Assembly: GCA_963663965.2 (NCBI GenBank)
Contig: CAXXFK010000030.1
Span: 96,001-160,000, forward strand
Reading direction: 5' to 3'
DNA: 64,000 nt
From: Sedimentisphaerales bacterium
GTDB lineage: Bacteria > Planctomycetota > Phycisphaerae > Sedimentisphaerales > SM23-30
In this document: in pieces, positions 41,201 through 51,821 of the stretch
How positions within the stretch are numbered: position 1 is the stretch's first letter
Layout of the letters: each line of letters starts with the position of its first letter
Notes under the pieces: generated by a model
Databases searched by the model: none
What the model saw: the letters and a program-made list of their open reading frames with translations, nothing else
What the model was told of the DNA's origin: nothing
Program-made: the position numbers and the translations under genes

Positions 41201-43489
41201 ATGAGTGAAAATCAACCCTCGACCGAATCGGCCGAAAAGACGGTGACGGAAACGGTCAAAAAAGATGAAATCCAGGAACCCAGTAACGAAACAACGACAA
41301 AACCCAAGACCAAACGACGTGGCCGCTATAAACGCAAGCCCAAAGCGGAAACGGTCGAAGAGAAAGCTGAAAAGAAACCGGTAGAAGCCGCGCCGGAGGC
41401 GACGGCGGAAAAGGACGCGGTGGCCAAGGAGCCGGAAAAGAAATTCGATCCGGCGGATGAAATTCCATCGTGGGATGATGACGATGAGCCGGCGCCGGTG
41501 GTGAAGGTGAAAGAGCCGGAAGTGGTGAAAGAACCAGTGGTGGAGAAAAAAGAAGCCAAGGCGGAGGAGCCGGTGAAAGCGGAGGAGCCGAAAGTGGCGG
41601 GTAAAGAACAGAACCGGGCCCAGACTAATCCAGCGGGGCGGAAGCATTCCCGGCCGGATTCAAGGGGCCGGTCGCGACGTCCGGAGCGGGGTGAGAAAAA
41701 GCCATCCGGTCCGGATGGGGCTGAGGAGAAAGTCCGCGAAGAAAAAGTCCGCGAAGAAAAAGCCCGCGAAGACAAAACGCGTGAAGATAAATCGCGCGAG
41801 GAGAAGGCTCCGCCGCAACGGCCGGGTGGTTATAATAATCAGCCGCAACGACAAAAAAGCGAGAATGGCCAGGCTCATCGCCGGCCGCAGGGCTCCAGGC
41901 CGGACCGATCGGCCAGGCCGGCAGCGGCGCCGAGTCCGGCGGCGAATAGCGGCGGATCGCTGCAACGGGAGATGCTGATCAATATTTCGCAGGGGGAAGA
42001 GTGCCGGATTGCCATTGTGGCGGATCACAAGCTGGATGAGCTGTATGTCGAGCGGCTGTCGACGGCGAGCGTGGTGGGGAATATCTACAAGGGCAAAGTG
42101 GTGAATATGGAGCCGAGTATCCAGGCGTGTTTTGTGGATTTCGGGATCGGGCAGAACGGATTTCTGCATATCAGCGATGTGATGCCGACCTATTTCAAGA
42201 ACGGCAAGCGGGAGTCGGAGCGGGTGGGCCAGAAGCGCCCGCGCGATCAGCGGCCGCCGATCCAGGATTGTTTCAAACGCGGGGATGAGGTGGTGGTGCA
42301 GGTGATCAAGGCGGGGATCGGGACCAAGGGCCCGACGCTGAGCACGTACCTGTCGATTCCGGGACGGTTTCTGGTGATGATGCCGGGGATGAACCGGACG
42401 GGGATTTCGCGCAAGATCGAAGATGACGAGACGCGGGACAAGATGCGGGAGTTGATCCGGCAGCTGGACCTGCCGCGGGACATGGGTTTTATTCTGCGGA
42501 CGGCGGCGCTGGGCAGCACCAAGCGGGATATCCGGGCGGATTACAGTTACCTGATGCGGCTGTGGAAGCGGATCGAGGAAAAGACGGAGAAGCAGGCGGC
42601 GCCGTGCGAATTGTACCAGGAATCGGATTTGATTTCGCGGACGCTGCGGGATGTGTTTAACAGTTCGATCAACCGGATTGTGTGCGATTCGGAATATTCA
42701 TGGAAGAAGGCGCGGGATTTTCTGGCGATTGCCATGCCGCGTTCGAAGCAGAAGGTGATCCGGCACGAAGGCAAGCAGCCGCTGTTCAGCAAGTACCGGA
42801 TCGAGCAGGAGATCGAGCAGATTCAGTCGCGGCATGTGCCGTTGAAGATCGGCGGGTCGATCGTGATCGATCAGACCGAGGCGATGGTGGCGATTGACGT
42901 GAACAGCGGGAAGTATCGCGTGCATGAGAACGCCGAGGAGACGGCGCTGAAGATCAATATGGAGGCGGCCAGCGAGATCGCGCGCCAGCTGCGGCTGCGC
43001 GACCTGGGCGGGGTGATCGTGATGGACTTTATCGATATGATGCAGGCGCGGAACCGGCGGGCGGTGGAAAAGGCGCTGCGGGACGCGGTGGCGGCGGACC
43101 GGGCCAGCACCAAGATCTTGCGGATGAGTCAGTTTGGTCTGATCGAAATGACGCGGCAGCGGATGAAGCCGTCGCTGAAACGGAGTATTTATATCGACTG
43201 TCCGCACTGCAAAGGGTCGGGGTTGATCAAGTCGCCGGAGAGCATGTCGATCGAGGTGATGCGCCGGCTGCAATTTACCATCGAGATGGAGACTATCCAG
43301 CAGATCGATATTTCGGTGTCGCTGGAGGTGGCGGGGTATTTGCAGAACCGCAAGCGGACCGCGATTGCCGCGCTGGAGAAGAAATATGACAAGGGGATCT
43401 TTATCAACGCCAATCCGGATATCAGCAACGATGAGGTGCGTTTCCACGCGCATGACCGGCGGGGGATCGAGGTGCCGATCGATTTTTGA
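41201..43489 (+). CDS. Ribonuclease E/G family with long charged N-terminal extension
   Basis: S1 domain GNIYKGKV/FVDFG; AIDVNSG; QLRLRDLGG..VMDFIDM; CPHC. Confidence 0.95.
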   Translation: MSENQPSTESAEKTVTETVKKDEIQEPSNETTTKPKTKRRGRYKRKPKAETVEEKAEKKPVEAAPEATAEKDAVAKEPEKKFDPADEIPSWDDDDEPAPVVKVKEPEVVKEPVVEKKEAKAEEPVKAEEPKVAGKEQNRAQTNPAGRKHSRPDSRGRSRRPERGEKKPSGPDGAEEKVREEKVREEKAREDKTREDKSREEKAPPQRPGGYNNQPQRQKSENGQAHRRPQGSRPDRSARPAAAPSPAANSGGSLQREMLINISQGEECRIAIVADHKLDELYVERLSTASVVGNIYKGKVVNMEPSIQACFVDFGIGQNGFLHISDVMPTYFKNGKRESERVGQKRPRDQRPPIQDCFKRGDEVVVQVIKAGIGTKGPTLSTYLSIPGRFLVMMPGMNRTGISRKIEDDETRDKMRELIRQLDLPRDMGFILRTAALGSTKRDIRADYSYLMRLWKRIEEKTEKQAAPCELYQESDLISRTLRDVFNSSINRIVCDSEYSWKKARDFLAIAMPRSKQKVIRHEGKQPLFSKYRIEQEIEQIQSRHVPLKIGGSIVIDQTEAMVAIDVNSGKYRVHENAEETALKINMEAASEIARQLRLRDLGGVIVMDFIDMMQARNRRAVEKALRDAVAADRASTKILRMSQFGLIEMTRQRMKPSLKRSIYIDCPHCKGSGLIKSPESMSIEVMRRLQFTIEMETIQQIDISVSLEVAGYLQNRKRTAIAALEKKYDKGIFINANPDISNDEVRFHAHDRRGIEVPIDF

Positions 43490-43723
43490 TATGGGGTAGT
43501 GGACCGGCTGGCTGAGTTGTAATTGGACTCAACAGCCGGGTTGGTGCGAAGGCGCGAAACCGCAACCAAAGAAAAGATATTTCACACGAAGGCACGAAGA
43601 AAAACAGCCGAACCACGAATCCCGATGAATCGGGACGAATTAACACCAATAAAATTAATAACGGCCATTTAAGCTATGGAGGTATTCTGCTTGCGGTGCA
43701 CACGAAGGGGCATGAAGATTTAA

Positions 43724-43830
43724 TAAAATATAACAGCCTTTCAAACCACGGAATACACGGAATACACGGAAAAAAGAAAATAAGAAGATGATATTGGCAG
43801 GGAAGTTTTACGCCTTAATTGTATGGGGAG
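43724..43830 (+). repeat. Left direct repeat flanking the GxxExxY gene
   Basis: TAAAATATAACAGCC...ACCACGGAATACACGGAATACACGGAAAAA...ATTGGC.GGGA.GTTTT; repeated at 44389-44495. Confidence 0.85.
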
Positions 43831-43885
43831 AGATGCTGGTGTGAGAGGGTGGTTGTGCCTGTTTTTATGAAAGGGGGAACCGGTT

Positions 43886-44262
43886 ATGAGTGAGATGAAT
43901 TTGAGGAGGAGAGTTTTAAGATTCGGGGCGCTGTTTTTGAAGTGTATCGGGAGATGGGGTGTGGATTTCTGGAGGCGGTCTATCAGGAATGTCTGGGGAT
44001 GGAATTTGACAGCCGGGGAATTCCGGCGCTGGCGAAACGGGAGCTGGTCTTGCATTTTAAAGGGAATCGACTGGAACAACGATATCAGCCGGATTTTGTG
44101 TGTTATGACCGGATTATAGTCGAGTTGAAGGCGGTGAACGAACTGGCGGATGAACACCGGGCACAAGTTCATAATTATCTGAAAGCGGCGAAACTGGAAT
44201 TGGGATTGCTGGTTAACTTTGGACATTATCCCAAGGCTCAGGTGGAAAGGATTGTCCGGTGA
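43886..44262 (+). CDS. GxxExxY family protein (1-nt frameshift near 43900)
   Basis: FEEESFKIRGAVFEVYREMGCGFLEAVYQECL...PDF...IVELKA...QVHNYLKA..GLLVNFG; the ATG at 43886 is out of frame by one base. Confidence 0.85.
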
Positions 44263-44388
44263 AAGGGTAAACGGCCGGGTTGGCTGCGGAATGCCTGGGG
44301 CGGTCTGGCTGCCACAAAGGGGGAATATCTTACATGAAGGCGCGAGGGAAAACTGCTTTTGACAGGAGATGAGAAAAGGGAAAAGGCA

Positions 44389-44495
44389 TAAAATATAACA
44401 GCCGGGTTGACCACGGAATACACGGAATACACGGAAAAAGAAATAAAGGAAGTGGTATTGGCGGGGAGGTTTTGCGCTTTAATTGTATTGGAGGG
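44389..44495 (+). repeat. Right direct repeat flanking the GxxExxY gene
   Basis: Homologous to 43724-43830. Confidence 0.85.
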
Positions 44496-44632
44496 GGTGA
44501 TAGTGGTTCGAGAGAGTTGGGTGTAAGTTTTTGTCTGGCAGGGGATTAAAAAAAAATTGCATGTTCGATCTTTCCCAAAGGCATCCGCCAGAAAAAAGGA
44601 GTCCGCAGATGACACAGATGCACGCAGATCAT

Positions 44633-44674
44633 ATGAACAGTGACCCGCAAACTTACGCCGTGATCGGTGCGGCT
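44633..44674 (+). pseudogene. 5' stub of a second GxxExxY-like gene
   Basis: MNSDPQTYAVIGAA matches a typical GxxExxY N-terminus; preceded by CCGCAGATGACACAGATGCACGCAGAT. Confidence 0.55.
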
Positions 44675-44716
44675 GAATCTGGCAACTAGCTGTGCGATAA
44701 ATGTAGCATTTATTTA

Positions 44717-46544
44717 GAGCCTGTCCGCAATTCTTGGATTTTGTGAGCCGCGGTTTTGGGAGGACTGATTTTGAATCGTATCATCAGTAGATGACGGCTG
44801 GTGTCCAGGTTATTTTCGTTCAGCGGGTGATTTTCCGATTTCTGCGCATAGTAGCCCCATAAACAGGGCAAGCCGGGGTGGTTTTAAGCCACTTTTTGTC
44901 GTTCTTTTTCCCGTTCTTCCTCTTGAGCCAGCTTAATTCTGGCCAATACCCAGAGGTTGTGCGATAAAATGCTCAGGCCCATATGGACTTGGCGGTGATC
45001 AAAGCCTTTTTGTTTCATGGGCGCCCCGCAAAAACCATGGCTCAGGATGCTGATTCGGGCTTCGGTCTGACTGCGGCGAGTCTGAGCCTGCCGGAACGGC
45101 TCTTCCTGAAGCCTTTCCTTCAGCAAGGCCGGGCTGAGCGGACAAACCGCATTAAAAATATCGTGACTTTCCATGTATTGGCGATTCCCGGCGCTGTCGA
45201 AGCCCCGATCGCCGGCCAACAGCTTGACTTGATTACCAAGCTTCTCTTCCATACGCCGGTGGCTGGCTTTAAGCATTTTTTCATCGCTGGGACCTTGCTG
45301 ACGAAATAACTTCCAGTCCATGATTAAGCCATTGGATTGTTCGGCCAGATAAAGTTGGTTGCCAAATTCCGTCTCCGCGCCGGCCTTGCGGCGCACGATC
45401 ACATGGATATCCGGCTCGTAAAGGCTCAAGATCTTGTCTGGATTGGCAACCTTGCGTTCGCCGATCATGCGTTCGTGAGCCTGCCTGACCACGGCGGCCA
45501 ACTGACAGGTCACGCCGGTAATCTGTTTGACGATTTGCCGGACGGAACCGAGAGCGATATCGGCCTTTTTCCAGTGGTTTTCCAGGTTTTTCAGATGATT
45601 TTCCGCATGATTCAAGACCCGCCGGATCAGTTTTTTCATCTTTCGCAAAACCGCTTTACGCAGTTTTTTCGCGCCCTTTTTGCGGTTAACATAGGTCATC
45701 TCCATGCAGAGCTTATTCATGTTTGAAATAAACTTAGCCGGCTCGCAAGGCATGCGACACAGGATCCCGGCTTTACGAATACGGGCCGTCGCCTTCATCA
45801 AGGTACGGGTCGCATCTCTAAACAGCAGCCAGTCGATCGGATAATGAATGTGGGCGCCAATGCAGGTACAGTCAAAATAAGCCTGACTGAAATCCAGGGG
45901 GGCCTCCAAAACAACCGAACCCTGGGCCACTTGAAAAAACAGTTCTTCCGCCTGAGCGATTAACTGAGGCGAAAGCGCGTTTTCCAACTCGTTGATTCTG
46001 GTTTTGCCGGGGATCCGAGGCAGATCAAAGCGGTTAATGCCGCAAAACCACTGATACAGTTCGCTATGAGACAAGGCCACGGCAAATTTACGCAACGACA
46101 AACCCAGCCGCTTACGCAGGATCGACATCCGTAACGCCCAAACGGCCTGGGCACGAATATTCATGCGATCCGTATGGGTTAATTTAACCGGCGTGTCAGT
46201 GCCAAAGTGCTCGATGGCCATTTCAGCGTAAGCTTTGTCGAGAAAATACTGGAGAAACAACTGCTCCAGATCGCTGTGGCGGATGATCTGGTCCATGGCC
46301 AGCAACTGCTGGCGTTCCTGGCGATACTCCAGACAGCCAAATTCTTCCGGAATACCTTTGTCAAACAACTGCTGAACGGGTAAAATCTCTGGCATAGGTG
46401 TGTTCCCTTTTTTAAGGAAAAATGATTCGCAAAACATTTTATAACACACCTATTTTACGGTTTTGACCCAAAATAGCACGCTATAACTCCGACTCTTTTA
46501 CATAATCTTCTGAAATCTATAGGGTTAAAGCTACGGACAGGCTC
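44717..46544 (-). mobile_element. Insertion sequence (IS5-like DDE)
   Basis: TIRs GAGCCTGTCCG / CGGACAGGCTC; flanked on both sides by TATTTA (44711-44716 and 46545-46550). Confidence 0.85.
44884..46395 (-). CDS. DDE transposase
   Basis: FDCTCI..IHYP.D, KILSLYEP, EFGNQL, AGDRGFDS, RRSQTEARI. Confidence 0.85.
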   Translation of the reverse strand: MPEILPVQQLFDKGIPEEFGCLEYRQERQQLLAMDQIIRHSDLEQLFLQYFLDKAYAEMAIEHFGTDTPVKLTHTDRMNIRAQAVWALRMSILRKRLGLSLRKFAVALSHSELYQWFCGINRFDLPRIPGKTRINELENALSPQLIAQAEELFFQVAQGSVVLEAPLDFSQAYFDCTCIGAHIHYPIDWLLFRDATRTLMKATARIRKAGILCRMPCEPAKFISNMNKLCMEMTYVNRKKGAKKLRKAVLRKMKKLIRRVLNHAENHLKNLENHWKKADIALGSVRQIVKQITGVTCQLAAVVRQAHERMIGERKVANPDKILSLYEPDIHVIVRRKAGAETEFGNQLYLAEQSNGLIMDWKLFRQQGPSDEKMLKASHRRMEEKLGNQVKLLAGDRGFDSAGNRQYMESHDIFNAVCPLSPALLKERLQEEPFRQAQTRRSQTEARISILSHGFCGAPMKQKGFDHRQVHMGLSILSHNLWVLARIKLAQEEEREKERQKVA

Positions 46545-46620
46545 TATTTATGCGCGGCTCCTAACGCTGCATTTCCCATCATAATACAATTTCCGTAAAA
46601 AATTCACAAACCACCCCAGG

Positions 46621-46931
46621 GTCTTCTATTTCTGCCATACCGACCATCTGGGCTCCTCAGCCATCATGAGCGACCGCGCCGGGGCCCTTGTCAATCAATA
46701 TGGCTACCGGCCCTTCGGCGCCGATTGCTCCCCGGCCTTCTCCGGCCTGACCCTCTCGCAACGCTTCACCGGCCAGACTTACGATGAAGCCATCGGACTC
46801 TACTACTATCAATCCCGCTATTACGATCCGGCCATCGCCCGATTCATCCAGCCTGACTCGATTTTACCTTCCTTCGGTTCTCAGGGACTTAACCGCTACA
46901 GTTATTGCTACAACAATCCGCTTAAATATAC
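46621..46931 (+). pseudogene. Rhs core fragment lacking a toxin domain
   Basis: HTDHLGS, YRPFG, RFTGQTYD..GLYYYQSRYYDP..ARFIQPD, LNRYSYCYNNPLKYT; breaks just before DPxG at the repeat GGGCGGTCAAGCC. Confidence 0.8.
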
Positions 46932-47020
46932 AGGGCGGTCAAGCCACAAGCAAGAAAATATATCTCACACGAAGGCACGAAGATACAAAGTGAAACAGTC
47001 AGGAAGGTGAACTGCGAATC

Positions 47021-50000
47021 TTATCTTAATGCAACATTTAAGACAAACATTTTGATATACAAACCGTTTTTAGATAAATCATTTGCTTGCTTTTCAAGAC
47101 CTGCTTTAAGGTCGTTTATCGCCCCCTTCTGACATGGCTTTGTCTTTTTTATATTATTCTTATTTCTACATGTTTGGTTATAACAAATTGAACAACCATA
47201 CCAACCCACTAGATATAAACCATATTGGCAAGAATTATCTTTTAAATAGCGATCGACCAATTGATTTTTCATTGCATTATAAATATCGGTATGCCAACAC
47301 CCCTTACATTCGATAATTACTTTTAAACTTGGTCTGTTATCCGTTGCCGGCAATTCAACAGTAATATCAAGATTCTCCCCGGGTCGATTTCCACGACCTT
47401 TTCGAATTTGAGGCTCTCTTGTTGTTATAATACGCTTTTTCAAATCATCATCCAGATGTCTCTTTATGTAATCTGAAAAAGTATTTTCATCTTTAGGACG
47501 ATATTTTTTCTGATCCATGTGATTCCAGAGATCAATCGCCGCAGGCGTTTCACCTTGAAGTTTTTGCTCTAGTTTTTCAAGCGATTCAAGAATTATATCC
47601 AACAATTCGCTTTCACATCTAATGTTTCTAATATCTGGAGACGACATCATTTGATAGAATTCGTGAATTGTTAGCGGTTCCCAGATATTACGTCTTGTAT
47701 TCTCTTTCGCTATTACTAGAGTTCTATTCAGCCATAAATACTCTGGAAACTCCAATTTGATAATTTCAATAGCTTTACACGCTTCAACAGATCCAATGTT
47801 TTTAAGGTAAGACAAAAGGTTATCTCGAAACTCAACAATACTATCGCGGCGTCCGACAAAATGGCTTTCATTAAGCCTGGGATTTTCGGAGGATGGGAAT
47901 TGTTTAACCATCCATATGTAGAGATTAGCTATTTCTGTTTCATTTAATAGGTGCGAAATATTTGTATTACCGTTACCTGAAACACACGCGTATTCCAGAA
48001 ATAATTCTTGACCAAAATTATTATCTCTATTTATTTCATGCCATAAAATATTCCAAGCGCCATTAACTTCACCGGTCATAAGAGCTATAGACGCCGCAAT
48101 TTTTTTGATCTTATCACTTTCTTCTTCCGATTGTAACACTGCCAGCGCTTTCACATAGTCTATTGCTGGTTGGTATTTTTGAACTAATAATAAAGATAAT
48201 ATATGGCAGATTGAACTACTTTGTTTTGAAGTGAACTTAAGTCGGCTAATACTTTGTAATACGGTCTCACACATATTATTGTCCCAGCAACCATCCAGTT
48301 TATCACACACATCATTATGGCGAGCATGATTAAAATCTACTTCTATTAGCAATTCTACATTTCGCAATAACGTTTTTGGGCATTTATGGTAAGCCATTGA
48401 CAACAATTTCTTTTTAATGTCAAGTTCTTTGTCTGAAAACGATATCCCTATTAAATATGGCACCCACTTTTCCCAAATATCAATATTCAGATCATCAAGA
48501 ATTTCTGGAGCATTTATTAACAGTGTTGCAAAGGCTTTGTTTGAAGAAATGTCTGTTATATGCCATTGATTAGGCTCATTGATCCATTTCATGGCATCAG
48601 GAAATTCTTTAATCAGAAATTGTTTAGCGGATTTAATAATTCTTTTTTTTGTTAAACAGTCTGCTTTAGTCCAGCCTGGCAACTCGGAAATATTTAACAA
48701 TGACCATTTTGCAGCATCATAGTTTTCATCAGTATCTTCAAGCGTTAAATCAAAGCATAGTTCATGCCATTTTTTATAATCACCGTTTTCTATAGCATTT
48801 AACCAATGCTTCACTCTATCTGCTGGAAGCCAATCGAGGGTTTGGGATGCAATATTTTTGTTTTGTTTTTCTTGCCATTTTTTATTTTCGATGAAATCCT
48901 CTCGATATTGTCGAGCTTTTTCAGAATTTAGATCAATCGGCATTAATCCTAAAGTATCACACAATTCACTTGACTCGTTGACTGCCTCTATAATCATATT
49001 ATTATACGATATGTTTTTGCGGTCATATTGAAATAATAATTGTTGTAATACTTTGCCCCATTTCTGTGAAAGCGGCAGATTAGTAGACTCTCGATAATTT
49101 TGTATTAACCATGGTATATCTTCAATTGCTATTAAATTTGGCATTCCATAAACCATCTGACCTGCTACTTGGAAAATTGAATCGATGTCACATAATTCAA
49201 CAATTCTCTTAACTAAAATTCGACTATTGACTCTGTTTTCAAATATTGCTTTATTACTTTCATAAACCTCCTTGCTTTCAATCAGAGATTCACGAATGAT
49301 CAATAGTGTAATGCAGAGATGGGCGAGAGAAGTTATCACATATTCATTGTCAATATTCCCAAAAGCTTTTAGCACTAAAGAGTCTTTGGTTCTGTTTAAT
49401 CTATCAGGAAAACGTTTTTCTATGTGATTTTGAAGCCATTTTATAGCACGTGGTAAATCGTTCGTTTCAAGATTTTCAACAAGCAAATTTTCTAAAAAAC
49501 TAGTATACGCAGAATAACTATAACGTTTACGTGGCAAATCCAAATATTTAAATAATTCTTCTGCTTCAATCAAATTCGGCCATAAAGACTCACATGCATA
49601 TCCTTTTAATGATTCTTCATCATCAGTATTAGTGTTTAGAAAAAGCAAAGGTTTCATTTTAATCTTGATATTGTCTTCTGCAACTTCACATATATAAGCT
49701 GCGGCAGCTATTCGTAATCGAATAGCTTCTTGATGATTAAGGGCAATATCAAGAATGGTTTGCTGTAAGCCTATTGTTCGACTAATGCATGCGATATGAA
49801 TCAGAGATTCTCTTACATAAATATCAAGCTGTTGGTTTTCTATATATGGTTTTAATTGATTGGACAAACCAGGATGGTTTATTTTCTTATAATCGACATA
49901 ATTTTGCCAACCGAATACATTAATTTTTCCACAGGCTAATAAGTCAATAATACCTTGGGCAAGACATTCAAGTTCAGCAATTGAATAATGACAGATATCT

Positions 50001-51262
50001 CCCTTAAGCAACACTTGAGGATCGTGAGTTGCAATATAATGAAAGGCATCTTTTCGATAACTAGCAATCCATGCGGCAACTTCAGTCAATTGAGGTATTA
50101 CTTTTATTTCTGAATCAAATTGAATGCAAAGTAAATTTTCGATTAATTTCAGCTTAATTTTGCTATCGACAATGTGCTTTGATGCCAAGTACTCTGCATA
50201 TCCTTGATGAACAAAACCCAACAAGTCATTACCCCTTAACGAGAATAATCCTGTCTGTAGCGTGTCATTTATCTCAGATCTTGAACAATTAACAACTGAA
50301 ATTAAATCTAAAACAGAAAGTTGATTGTTTTTTAATTGTTTTGCAGGCCCATCATAAAATTCAGATTTATTACATAATAGTGAAATAGCCGCAATTTTTG
50401 AAGCAATCTCCCGCTTTTTATATAAAGATGTTTTAGAATTAAGGCTATTGGATAGGTCTATCCAGCTTGGATTATATTCTTCACAGAGAATTTTACAGCC
50501 TTCTTCAAACAATTCTTTCTTAGTAGATGGAAATTTATTGTGATTTTGATACAAATTGATTAGAAAATTAAGCGTTAAAGGTTTAATTGCAAAAGGCACA
50601 ACCTCTATTTCCTCAATCCCTTTAAGGAACAAATCTGGATTTATATTGTTCGTTTCAGCAGCTTCTCGAACATCCTTTCTTCGTAATGGTGTAAGTTCAT
50701 AGATAGCATATCTATTGGTATCTACTGAATTATTCGTATTATTCCAAATCAAAGGGAGGCGATTATTAAATACAGTTGGCCAATCGGCCGAACGGCATAC
50801 AATTCTAAGTCTAAGACGAGATAGATGACTTTGGATAGCATTCAATTCATCGCAGATAATATTGGCTACTGTTGGAATATGAATTCTACATTCATCAAGG
50901 CTATCTAAAAACAGATCAAGAGTGTGATCGTTATTCAACCAGCTGATAAAATATTCTGAACGAAATATGTCATCGATCAATAATGAACTTTCACAGTATC
51001 GATTCAAATTAAAATTCATTATTTTTGAATTTGTATTTGATTGTGATCGGCATATATCTTCAATTGCTGTTGATTTTCCTATACCAGGTTCGCCGAGAAG
51101 TGCCAGACAGGGCATATTTGCAATCATTTCGTAAGAAACGATATCTGGATTAAAGAGTTTGAGACTGTCATTTTCAGGATCTGACATGAATCCATTATCG
51201 CCTAGATGAATTTGTCCTGTGTGAGGACACCAAAAACGTTTCCACTTATATTTTACCTTCAT
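47021..51262 (-). CDS. STAND/NACHT NTPase with C-terminal PD-(D/E)XK-like nuclease (Avs-like antiphage protein)
   Basis: Walker A LGEPGIGKST, Walker B LFLDSLDE, IVCR, KPLTL, FVHQGYAEYLA; C-terminal E..FSD...DI....IIECKGCW...QL..RYL...GLYLVGW; much lower GC than neighbours. Confidence 0.8.
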   Translation of the reverse strand: MKVKYKWKRFWCPHTGQIHLGDNGFMSDPENDSLKLFNPDIVSYEMIANMPCLALLGEPGIGKSTAIEDICRSQSNTNSKIMNFNLNRYCESSLLIDDIFRSEYFISWLNNDHTLDLFLDSLDECRIHIPTVANIICDELNAIQSHLSRLRLRIVCRSADWPTVFNNRLPLIWNNTNNSVDTNRYAIYELTPLRRKDVREAAETNNINPDLFLKGIEEIEVVPFAIKPLTLNFLINLYQNHNKFPSTKKELFEEGCKILCEEYNPSWIDLSNSLNSKTSLYKKREIASKIAAISLLCNKSEFYDGPAKQLKNNQLSVLDLISVVNCSRSEINDTLQTGLFSLRGNDLLGFVHQGYAEYLASKHIVDSKIKLKLIENLLCIQFDSEIKVIPQLTEVAAWIASYRKDAFHYIATHDPQVLLKGDICHYSIAELECLAQGIIDLLACGKINVFGWQNYVDYKKINHPGLSNQLKPYIENQQLDIYVRESLIHIACISRTIGLQQTILDIALNHQEAIRLRIAAAAYICEVAEDNIKIKMKPLLFLNTNTDDEESLKGYACESLWPNLIEAEELFKYLDLPRKRYSYSAYTSFLENLLVENLETNDLPRAIKWLQNHIEKRFPDRLNRTKDSLVLKAFGNIDNEYVITSLAHLCITLLIIRESLIESKEVYESNKAIFENRVNSRILVKRIVELCDIDSIFQVAGQMVYGMPNLIAIEDIPWLIQNYRESTNLPLSQKWGKVLQQLLFQYDRKNISYNNMIIEAVNESSELCDTLGLMPIDLNSEKARQYREDFIENKKWQEKQNKNIASQTLDWLPADRVKHWLNAIENGDYKKWHELCFDLTLEDTDENYDAAKWSLLNISELPGWTKADCLTKKRIIKSAKQFLIKEFPDAMKWINEPNQWHITDISSNKAFATLLINAPEILDDLNIDIWEKWVPYLIGISFSDKELDIKKKLLSMAYHKCPKTLLRNVELLIEVDFNHARHNDVCDKLDGCWDNNMCETVLQSISRLKFTSKQSSSICHILSLLLVQKYQPAIDYVKALAVLQSEEESDKIKKIAASIALMTGEVNGAWNILWHEINRDNNFGQELFLEYACVSGNGNTNISHLLNETEIANLYIWMVKQFPSSENPRLNESHFVGRRDSIVEFRDNLLSYLKNIGSVEACKAIEIIKLEFPEYLWLNRTLVIAKENTRRNIWEPLTIHEFYQMMSSPDIRNIRCESELLDIILESLEKLEQKLQGETPAAIDLWNHMDQKKYRPKDENTFSDYIKRHLDDDLKKRIITTREPQIRKGRGNRPGENLDITVELPATDNRPSLKVIIECKGCWHTDIYNAMKNQLVDRYLKDNSCQYGLYLVGWYGCSICYNQTCRNKNNIKKTKPCQKGAINDLKAGLEKQANDLSKNGLYIKMFVLNVALR

Positions 51263-51443
51263 ATTTCTCACAATATCATTAAACTCCTATGTTCCAATTC
51301 AATATTCATCCTTCATAAACTAAGTGCTCGGTGGATGCCATGTTGACGAATGGGCGGAGTATGTTGGGATCAAGATCAATAATGTTTGAAGTATCAATGC
51401 CTTTTTTTACAGAGAAAGTCTTATACTTAGTCTTTTGGCAAAT

Positions 51444-51821
51444 TTAGTACCCTTTGGTTCTTGAAATGACTTTTCCTGATTTAATAACAAAACTATCTGA
51501 TTTACCAGCATGATAGAACAGGAGCAGTTCAACTATATTACCTTCAGGATCAAGTGATTGTGAGGTAAGTTGTGGTTTTCCATAAAGACAAAACAGAATT
51601 AGCCGATTCATGCCTAGTTCAAATTCAGCTGACTCTACTAGCTTCCAGTCAAGTTCTGAGAATAACCTGCGGTGATCGATCTCTTGCTGAGCTTCAGGGG
51701 ACTTGGTTAAACACCATTGGATACATAATGCATCATCACTAAGAGAGGGATATTGAGAGGATGGTACCAACGAACTACACCCAATAAGCAAAAATAGAAT
51801 AGGGCATATAAAAGTACGCAT
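51444..51821 (-). CDS. Putative lipoprotein
   Basis: Lipobox LLIGC; GGAGGT RBS. Confidence 0.65.
   Translation of the reverse strand: MRTFICPILFLLIGCSSLVPSSQYPSLSDDALCIQWCLTKSPEAQQEIDHRRLFSELDWKLVESAEFELGMNRLILFCLYGKPQLTSQSLDPEGNIVELLLFYHAGKSDSFVIKSGKVISRTKGY

Noticed and set aside
43580..44500. CRISPR array suggested by the short iterated repeats here and at 33050-33240 and 58030-58240
   Set aside because: Units are 8-10 nt and tandem with no unique spacers of constant length; no cas genes
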